Shown piece by piece: positions 57,413 through 64,000 of a DNA stretch of 64,000 nt. The position numbers and the translations under genes were made by a program. This DNA is from Armatimonadota bacterium (lineage in GTDB: Bacteria > Armatimonadota > SYMT01): positions 1,312,001 to 1,376,000 of the forward strand of contig JAWLHY010000001.1 in NCBI GenBank assembly GCA_041690135.1, written 5' to 3'. Each line of letters begins with the position of its first letter. Position 1 is the first letter of the stretch. The notes under the pieces are model-generated. The model had not been told where the DNA came from. It made no database searches and saw only the letters and a program-made list of their open reading frames with translations.

Positions 57413-57988
57413 TCATCCATCGGCTTCAGCCATCAAGCGGCGCCGGCGGGCAAGCTCGATTGGGTTCGGGTACGGCCAATCAAGCATCAGGGAGAGTTCG
57501 TAGGTGTCGATCTCTTCAACCAGTTGGGGAACGAATTGGTTCTGGCGCACGTGCTCCACCATCTCCGGCGGAAGCCGTACGTGATGTTGCTCCACGTAGT
57601 GAACCAGGGGACGGAACCATAACCAGACCCCGTCCGTCACCATCACACCCCCCTGTTTATCGCTAGATCTACAATTAAGGACGCAGTAGCCCTCTCCCCC
57701 AGTGATTGTCAGTTGCCGGGATCGCTGCAAGTAGTTGAGGATCGCGCGCTGGTCCGGGTCGCGATAGCCCGGATCGATGACGTCATGGATGCTTGGGAAG
57801 ACGTTTGGGTCCCGCTCAACTCCCGTGCGGTCCTCTCTCCACCACCCATACCAGCGGTAGGGGTGTACGATCGGAAACGGCTTTGGCGCAGTATCTTCAG
57901 GGGTCTGGTCAGTGAACCCCGGCAATAGCCGGCGCAGGCGTTCCTTCCACGGGCTCCACGGCGGCTTTCCTGGGTCGTTGCCCATCAC
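57413..57988 (-). CDS. Hypothetical protein (TDGxWxW..LxHYVxxHxxxLP family)
   Basis: GGAGGAAAG RBS; YL..G..C..C..TDGVWLW..LVHYVEQHHVRLP. Confidence 0.75.
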   Translation of the reverse strand: MMGNDPGKPPWSPWKERLRRLLPGFTDQTPEDTAPKPFPIVHPYRWYGWWREDRTGVERDPNVFPSIHDVIDPGYRDPDQRAILNYLQRSRQLTITGGEGYCVLNCRSSDKQGGVMVTDGVWLWFRPLVHYVEQHHVRLPPEMVEHVRQNQFVPQLVEEIDTYELSLMLDWPYPNPIELARRRRLMAEADG

Positions 57989-58054
57989 GACTTTCCTCCA
58001 CCGGACGGCGATGGTCCGCGCATTTCTTGGTGCTTCGTTCGCCGCCCTACCGTA

Positions 58055-58438
58055 TTACCACCACGCTAACAGCAGATACCGCTGACCGGTGTCCGGGGTC
58101 GGGTCGTAGATCCCCTTCTTGTCCCACTTCGCCACCCAGGAGAACAGGCGCTTGCGGCTCTCCGGGTCGTCAGGCAGTTCGATCACCAGGCGATCCGTGT
58201 CCTGGTGCTCTGGCTTACCATAGATCTTTGTGGCAACCACCTTCACCGCGCCCATTTCATAGAGGCGGTTCACGAGGGCCACCAGTTGCTCGCGCGACAT
58301 TGCGCCCCGGCTCCCCTCGGAGCCTGTAATGGTCCGGCGCCCCGGCTCCTGCAACCACTCGAGCGCCTCTCTACTGTTTGGCTGCGCGAGATCACATCGG
58401 TAGAAATCGTCATACCGGTTCTGGTTCCTGTCTGGCAC
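58055..58438 (-). CDS. Hypothetical protein ending in WW (immunity-like)
   Basis: GGAGTGG upstream; LY..GA..V..LVIELP.D...R..LF.W..D.GQ.Y..WW. Confidence 0.7.
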   Translation of the reverse strand: MPDRNQNRYDDFYRCDLAQPNSREALEWLQEPGRRTITGSEGSRGAMSREQLVALVNRLYEMGAVKVVATKIYGKPEHQDTDRLVIELPDDPESRKRLFSWVAKWDKKGIYDPTPDTGQRYLLLAWW

Positions 58439-58471
58439 TTTTCCACTCCGATCTCGAACAAGCAGGACGGG

Positions 58472-58903
58472 CTACATCTGGTTCCACGCAAACGGCAACG
58501 GACCGAAGTGGCGGATCTCCAGCTTCCGGTCCACTCGGTAAGGGTCATCCCAGCCGATTTGGTAGGCGTTGGCAGCCTCCGTCTGCTCCTCTTCGTACAA
58601 CACAACAACGCGGTGATGGGATAATGGGAGACCGGGCCGCCGCTCACCGAGGATATCTGCCCAGAAGGGGCGCAGTTCCTCGACGAACTGCTCGACATCC
58701 GTCGCATTTCCGACAAGACCCCACAACAACAACCCGCCCTTGGGTCCGAAGTTCTTGCCTTCGCGCTGGGAGAGTTCTTGCAAGTACCACTGGCTCTCCC
58801 TGGTTAGTCCCTCGGACCATTGCAGGTGCTCACGGGCGACTTCAGCGACCGCCTCATTGCGGTCGCAGTTGAAGGCGACGTGGAGGTGAACGTAGTAGCC
58901 CAT
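58472..58903 (-). CDS. Hypothetical protein
   Basis: GAGGG RBS; globular alpha/beta composition; tightly packed in the array. Confidence 0.75.
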   Translation of the reverse strand: MGYYVHLHVAFNCDRNEAVAEVAREHLQWSEGLTRESQWYLQELSQREGKNFGPKGGLLLWGLVGNATDVEQFVEELRPFWADILGERRPGLPLSHHRVVVLYEEEQTEAANAYQIGWDDPYRVDRKLEIRHFGPLPFAWNQM

Positions 58904-58927
58904 GGGAACCCTCGCCTTACGCGCATT

Positions 58928-59911
58928 CTATTGCTGTGATCCCTCCTGGGATTGGAGATCCCAGAGGCGCAACTCGCCGTCCGCTCCGCCGCACGCCAGG
59001 TACCGGCCGTCAGGAGAGTAGGCCGGGGAGCGGTATTGGCAGCCTCGCTTGCTGATTGGGTCCTGGCAGGTATACAACTGCTCCCCGGTCCCGGGGTCCC
59101 ACACCTCTGCCGCCCCCCAGATCACGGTCGCAATTTGTTTCGAATCCGGGGAGAATCTTGCTCTTCCGCCTCTCGGCGGAATCTCCGTCTGATACTGCCG
59201 GTACTGTTGGGCATCAGTATCCCAGATCGACAATTGGCCCCCACCGCCGCGCAGATGCCAGGATACGGCGGCCAGCGCACCCTCTTCGGACACGGCGACT
59301 TCCGCGGACACGCACTTCATCCCCTTCGTCGTGTGCACTAGCTCACCGGTGTCCGCGCACCACATGCGCACGTCTTTTACACCACCGAGTGCGTGGCTGG
59401 AAGTCCCCGCGGTGGCAACCAGCGATCCGCAGGCCGAGATGTCCACGCCCACGGCTTTGACTCCGTGTTTGACGACTCGGAGGGAGTCTTCGGCGACGTG
59501 GTAAATGGCGATTGTGCCGTCGGCGAACGTCGCCGCGACAATATGACCATCGGGAGAGAATGCCGCTCGATAACAGGGCGCGGCGCAAACCGCCAGTTCC
59601 CGACGACGGCCAAACGGCATCAGGTCCCACAGGTGGACCGTGCCGGCAGGCGCATCATCCATCCTGAACAGGCCCAACGCCTCTCCCTGTGGAGTCGTTC
59701 CGATGGCCAGGATCTGCCCGGCCACGAAACCCATTGTTTGGTGCAAGTCCGAATGCAGGTCGCACAGGTCGATCCGGGCCGCTCCGATCCCTTTGGCCCC
59801 CACGAAGAGCTGGGTGCCGTCGGCGGTAAACGCCAGTTGCCCAGGGGCCCCGGAATGCTCACTCGGGCCTTCGCCGATGTACCAGTTGTAGAGTGGGGCA
59901 AGAGTGATCAT
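58928..59911 (-). CDS. WD40-repeat beta-propeller protein
   Basis: Repeated AF(S/T)PDG..LWD motifs. Confidence 0.88.
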   Translation of the reverse strand: MITLAPLYNWYIGEGPSEHSGAPGQLAFTADGTQLFVGAKGIGAARIDLCDLHSDLHQTMGFVAGQILAIGTTPQGEALGLFRMDDAPAGTVHLWDLMPFGRRRELAVCAAPCYRAAFSPDGHIVAATFADGTIAIYHVAEDSLRVVKHGVKAVGVDISACGSLVATAGTSSHALGGVKDVRMWCADTGELVHTTKGMKCVSAEVAVSEEGALAAVSWHLRGGGGQLSIWDTDAQQYRQYQTEIPPRGGRARFSPDSKQIATVIWGAAEVWDPGTGEQLYTCQDPISKRGCQYRSPAYSPDGRYLACGGADGELRLWDLQSQEGSQQ

Positions 59912-60365
59912 TGTAATGAACTCTCGGCGAACTGTTGGGGGAGATCCAGCGCAATGCGTTGCGTCGTCCAGCCCGCGACCAGGCAGGCGGCATACGCCTC
60001 AGGTCCGACCTGGACCCAATGGTGATCCCCCAATGGACCCGCCGACACGAGCCACAGCACCGCGAGGGTTACCCCATTCGCCAGCGTAAACATGAGCCTC
60101 GACGCGGCCACCTTCAATGGGTGTATTTACGGCTGGCAAATGGATGGTCAAAGGAACGCCTTATTGATAGCTTCATTGGGATTGCGAGAAACTCCTACAC
60201 TTTCCGGGAACAAGAAGGGGAGAGCTTACTCCGACCTGGCGTTCTTATCCGGGAGTTGGACGAAGCGGGCGTCTCGAAGCACAGTCCCCCCAGCGTCCGG
60301 GAGGACGCCACGTCCAGCGAGGTGATTTCCAATCCCTCGCGGGGGCTGTGTGGGCGCGTGAGGGA

Positions 60366-60785
60366 CTACGTCTCCGGGCAGGTGTCGAAGGGACCGGTAA
60401 TGACGGCCGAGCGGGCGACCACTTCGACAACCCCGTGGTGATCAAAGTAGAGCTGGTAATGGGCGAAGTCGGCGTCGGAGTCCGTGAACTGCGGCCCCAG
60501 CCGTTCTCTGCGTCTCCGGATTACCTCCTCCAGCCACGGGGAGGCACGGATGCAGAGCATCTGGTTCGTGGAGATCCAGTCCTCGTCCGTTAGACACTGC
60601 TCGCGCCGCAGTTCCACGGTTTGCGCGCAGAGGAACTCGATACGGGCCCACCGCACCTCGCCCGCCACCCAACCGTCGTAACGGACCACCACCGCCGGGT
60701 CCACCGTCAACAGCGGCCCCCGCGAAGTCCCACTCGTACTCACCGGCAAAGCAATCCGCTCCTGTTCCCGGTGCATCGTTGTCAC
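60366..60785 (-). CDS. Hypothetical protein (immunity-like)
   Basis: SPWL..HYQLYFD..GVVEVVA C-terminal pattern. Confidence 0.7.
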   Translation of the reverse strand: MTTMHREQERIALPVSTSGTSRGPLLTVDPAVVVRYDGWVAGEVRWARIEFLCAQTVELRREQCLTDEDWISTNQMLCIRASPWLEEVIRRRRERLGPQFTDSDADFAHYQLYFDHHGVVEVVARSAVITGPFDTCPET

Positions 60786-61062
60786 CCACCCCCAATGGAT
60801 TTGTTCTAGATTGGCGCGGGCTCCGGGCCCTGTGCCTTATGCAGCCTCAATATGCCGCCCCCGACTCCAGTGGTGGGTACGCTTGTGCAGGCTCTCATCC
60901 TCTTCAGGAAAGGGCAACCAGAGCCTTGGGTGCACTGGTGTCCCTACGGAAAGGGGGCTCAGACAGGTGCTGACCGCAACGTGATCGCACATGTCTCTCC
61001 ACCCTCTCCGGGAAGACTCTCCGTGTGCCCTCAGTGTCTCTGTGTCTCCGTGGTGAGAAACA

Positions 61063-61950
61063 CTATGCGGTGCCGGGACCGGGATTGAAGTCCTGGGCCG
61101 GGACAGGGCCGCCGAGGCTGATGAGCAGGCGGCGGATGTCGTCGGCATAGGTGACCTCGCTGTCGTCCTGGGGTACGTAGCCGATCACCTTACGGGCGTT
61201 GGTGATGCTCCAGAACTTCCGGGTGTTGTCGGAGATCCCGTAGAAGATCTGGAACGGGATGCCGTGTTCGTCACGGAGGTCCTCGGTGTCGAGGCTCTTC
61301 ACGAAGAGTTGGGTCAGGTCGCGGGGGCTAATCCAGGCCCCCATGTCCCGGTTGTAGCCGAGCGGGTTCCCCACGAACCTCTCTGCCACAATGGGCCGGG
61401 GAGCGCCGATCCGGATCTGGACCACCTCCAGTGGGCGGCCCAACTGCCCACTGGCGAACACGAAGCCCAGGTGCTCGTAGGCCTCCTTCGCCCAGCCGTA
61501 GAAGTTGTCGCTGATGGCGCGCTCCCACGGGTCGACGATGTCCTTCTTTCGGGCGTGGATCAGGCCTTCGTACCAGTCAGCGGCGTGGTTGCTGCTCGCC
61601 ATCACTACGCGTCGAACCCCCTCTTCCAGCGAGAGTTGGTAGACGTTGAATGCCATGTCCACATTGGTGCGCTCGGTGTAGTAGTTGATTGGTCCGCGGC
61701 TCGCCTGCCCCCGCGCCGGCTGAACGTAGCCCAGGTGGACCACCGCGTCGATACCTTGGAACCAGTGGCGGTTCGCCTCCAGGTCCGCGAGGGTCAGGTC
61801 CGCGATCTGCACCCCCTCCACCGGGTTGCCGTCCCGGTCCGCATCGCGCACGTCCACCAGGGTGCACTCATACCGCTCGCGCAGCGTGGGCAGCATCTGC
61901 GACGCAACATACCCACTCGCACCAGTCACCAGGATCTTCTTCTTTGCCAT
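61063..61950 (-). CDS. NAD-dependent epimerase/dehydratase (uronate-dehydrogenase-like extended SDR)
   Basis: TGASGYVA, ASSNHA, YGWAK, IRIG, W.SPRD, YGISDN. Confidence 0.85.
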   Translation of the reverse strand: MAKKKILVTGASGYVASQMLPTLRERYECTLVDVRDADRDGNPVEGVQIADLTLADLEANRHWFQGIDAVVHLGYVQPARGQASRGPINYYTERTNVDMAFNVYQLSLEEGVRRVVMASSNHAADWYEGLIHARKKDIVDPWERAISDNFYGWAKEAYEHLGFVFASGQLGRPLEVVQIRIGAPRPIVAERFVGNPLGYNRDMGAWISPRDLTQLFVKSLDTEDLRDEHGIPFQIFYGISDNTRKFWSITNARKVIGYVPQDDSEVTYADDIRRLLISLGGPVPAQDFNPGPGTA

Positions 61951-62045
61951 TTCCACCTTCGAAGCAAAAAATTCCGAACGAACCGTCGTGAGTTAAGCAG
62001 CAATCTTCGCCGTCGATCAGCCGACGTAGGTCGGCTTCGCTGTTT

Positions 62046-62066
62046 GTAGCCGCGAGTTTACTCGCT
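62046..62066. repeat. GTAG-type REP
   Basis: gtagccgcgagtttactcgct. Confidence 0.55.
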
Positions 62067-62129
62067 CATCCGCACACCCGAAGGTGCGCTGCAAACCCCC
62101 GTGTCCAGCCACTCGCCCAGCCGGAGCGC

Positions 62130-62960
62130 TCATGCACTTGATTTCTGTTCTCGCAGACCCAGGGCCGCCAGGCGACCGGAAATCATGTCGTATGCGATCT
62201 TCGCCTTGTCTTCCCGCCAGAACGAGAACGTCTCCACGCTGATGCAGCCGGTGTAGCCGGCCTCCCCCAGCGCCTGGGCGAAGGTATCGAAGGGGAATTC
62301 GTCGCCCCGTTCTCCCGGCACCAGGAAATGGTGGAAGGGAAAGGTCCCCACCACCCCTTTCAGATGGCAGTGGATGGTCCAGGGAGCCACCCGCTCCACG
62401 GCAGAGGCCACGTCCGATCCCAGGATATAGTAGTTCGTGATGTCGCAGAGCGACTTGAGGTTCGGGAGACCTACCTGCTCGATAATCAGGCGGGTTTTGT
62501 CAGGGGTGTCCAGGACCATATTCTCGTGGTTGTGGATGGTCATGTTCACCCCGCGCTCTCCGGCGTAGTAGAGGAGCGGCTTTACGGTCTCCACAATCTT
62601 CCGCCACGCGGAAGCACAGTCCTCGGGGAAGCGGCCCGGCAGGAAGTTGACGGTGGGTGCCTCCAGGGCGGCGGCGATATCGATCAGTTTACGGTAGAAC
62701 TCATGCACGTCGGCTTCCAGCGCGTACTGGGGGAGCGGCTTCACTCCGTAGGGGTTGATAGCCGCGACCCGCAGGCCGGTGGCGGAAAGCAGCTTCCGGG
62801 CCGCCTCCAACTGCGGCTCGAGCGGATCGCCGGTGCGGATATGCGCGGTCGGGCCGCAGACGATCTCTAGCGCGTCGTAACCCAGCTCACTCAAATGGGT
62901 GGCGACCCAGGAGAGCGGCTTGTCCTGGAAACCGCCGGTATGGAAAGAGATACCGATCAT
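62130..62960 (-). CDS. Sugar phosphate isomerase/epimerase TIM barrel
   Basis: GYDALEI, HNHE, D..NY, HCHLK, ISVE. Confidence 0.85.
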   Translation of the reverse strand: MIGISFHTGGFQDKPLSWVATHLSELGYDALEIVCGPTAHIRTGDPLEPQLEAARKLLSATGLRVAAINPYGVKPLPQYALEADVHEFYRKLIDIAAALEAPTVNFLPGRFPEDCASAWRKIVETVKPLLYYAGERGVNMTIHNHENMVLDTPDKTRLIIEQVGLPNLKSLCDITNYYILGSDVASAVERVAPWTIHCHLKGVVGTFPFHHFLVPGERGDEFPFDTFAQALGEAGYTGCISVETFSFWREDKAKIAYDMISGRLAALGLREQKSSA

Positions 62961-63048
62961 GGGAGTCCTCCTTGGGACGTCACGCGGAGGAAGCGCACAT
63001 GCCTCGGCGCGTCTCACCGCGGATGGTCCCGCTCACAGGACGGGTGCG

Positions 63049-63076
63049 TGTCATCCTGAACGAAGTAAAGGATCTC
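63049..63076. repeat. TGTCATCCTGA..GAAG..AAGGATCT-type palindromic intergenic repeat
   Basis: tgtcatcctgaacgaagtaaaggatctc. Confidence 0.5.
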
Positions 63077-63213
63077 ATCGCGAAACTGAGACCGGTCCCC
63101 GACCTGTAATACGGTGGGGCGTGGATCTTGCAAGCACCCGCCGGACTCCGTTCGTCATCGGGTTAGGAATTCCTCGCCTTTTCGGTCCGCTCCGGACCCA
63201 GGAGAGAACCCGG

Positions 63214-63534
63214 ATGGAAGCGATCCTCGTATTCGTTACTGCCGGTAGTGAAGAAGAAGCGGAACGCGTGAGCGGCGCGCTTCTGGATGAGCGGCTCGTC
63301 GCGTGCGTGAACCAGGTCCCCGGAGTGCGTTCCGCGTTCTGGTGGCAGGGAGAGCGGGACAGCGCGACGGAGGTGCTTTTGCTGGCGAAGACCCGCCGCG
63401 AGCTGTGGCCGCAGGTGCTGGAGACGATCCGCCGGCACCACAGCTACGAGGTCTTTGAAGCGATTGCCGTTCCCCTGGTGGAAGGCAATCCGGATTATTT
63501 GCGCTGGATCTGGGAATCAACTCGCGAGCCATGA
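63214..63534 (+). CDS. cutA: Divalent-cation tolerance protein CutA
   Basis: LVACVN, S.FWWQG, E..LLAKT, HHSYEV, Y.RWI. Confidence 0.93.
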   Translation: MEAILVFVTAGSEEEAERVSGALLDERLVACVNQVPGVRSAFWWQGERDSATEVLLLAKTRRELWPQVLETIRRHHSYEVFEAIAVPLVEGNPDYLRWIWESTREP

Positions 63535-64000
63535 ACGGAAAACTCCGCACAGGACTGCTTTCGGTGATGTTGGTCGGCACGCTGGCATTGACGCCGTTCC
63601 GAACCCTTAAGGTGGCGGGACGCTCGATGGAGCCGACGCTGCAGAACGGCGAGACCTACCTGCTGGACCAGTCGTATTGGAAGCGGGGCGGGCTCAAGCG
63701 GAGCGACATCGTAGTCGTCCAACACGGGGACGAAAAGTGGGTGAAACGCCTGGTGGGAATGCCGGGCGACCGGCTGGCGCTCACCTACCGGCCGGACGGC
63801 TGGATTACCTTCGTGGCCAACCTCACCGTGAACCCGGCACTGCGCAACCGGCAGCAGGAGCCGAACACCCATGTGCGAGAACGGGTGGTGGGTGATGGCG
63901 AAATCTTCGTCATCGGCGACAATCTCAACTGGTCCGCCGACAGCACCAACCAGGAAGCGGGCGCATTCAAACTGGAACACGTGCTCGGCGTCGTCCGAAC
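63531..64000 (+). CDS. lepB: Signal peptidase I (3'-truncated; absent from ORF track)
   Basis: Manual translation: VAGRSMEPTL..GE, DIVV, VKRLVGMPGD, FVIGDN..SAD; ATGA overlap with cutA. Confidence 0.9.
   Translation, partial: MNGKLRTGLLSVMLVGTLALTPFRTLKVAGRSMEPTLQNGETYLLDQSYWKRGGLKRSDIVVVQHGDEKWVKRLVGMPGDRLALTYRPDGWITFVANLTVNPALRNRQQEPNTHVRERVVGDGEIFVIGDNLNWSADSTNQEAGAFKLEHVLGVVR

Noticed and set aside
59908-60441. Short ORFs 59908-60117 (-) and 59935-60441 (+)
   Set aside because: No clear RBS or motif; may be a decayed cassette but cannot be supported.
55020-60900. Integron cassette array
   Set aside because: No intI, and no recurring attC-like RYYYAAC...GTTRRRY sites; most gaps are too short.

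Overview
High-GC bacterial chromosomal segment, roughly two-thirds G+C by eye. Firmicutes-like gene order (mtaB-HIT-rpsU-7TM/HD-ybeY-dgkA-CBS/CorC; rqcH) occurs together with planctomycete-type cytochrome c, DUF3500 and SBBP proteins. This mix suggests Armatimonadota or a similar lineage (inference only). Bases 1-46 kb are mostly housekeeping or envelope genes: cysC, nei, tatD, mtaB, rpsU, ybeY, dacB, rqcH, rpiB, pheA, accD/accA, an orphan FliA/WhiG-type sigma factor, pyc and a PilGHI/Xap-like ABC+TPR operon. Bases 46.6-55 kb hold an uncharacterised sugar/sugar-acid catabolic cluster interrupted by orphan genes. Bases 55.3-60.8 kb are a co-oriented array of small orphan, immunity-like genes around an SMI1/KNR4 (SUKH) gene, with no toxin, i.e. 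a candidate polyimmunity locus. Other notable signals: (i) a promoter-to-terminator ~70-nt RNA with a perfect anti-Shine-Dalgarno sequence that can also pair with the next gene's start; (ii) a rare tRNA-Arg(GCG); (iii) two divergent peptidoglycan genes whose start codons overlap in one CATG; (iv) many GTAG-type REP elements and short-period tandem repeats in intergenic regions. No CRISPR array, integrase or transposase was recognised. All product calls come from recognising motifs by eye, not from database searches.
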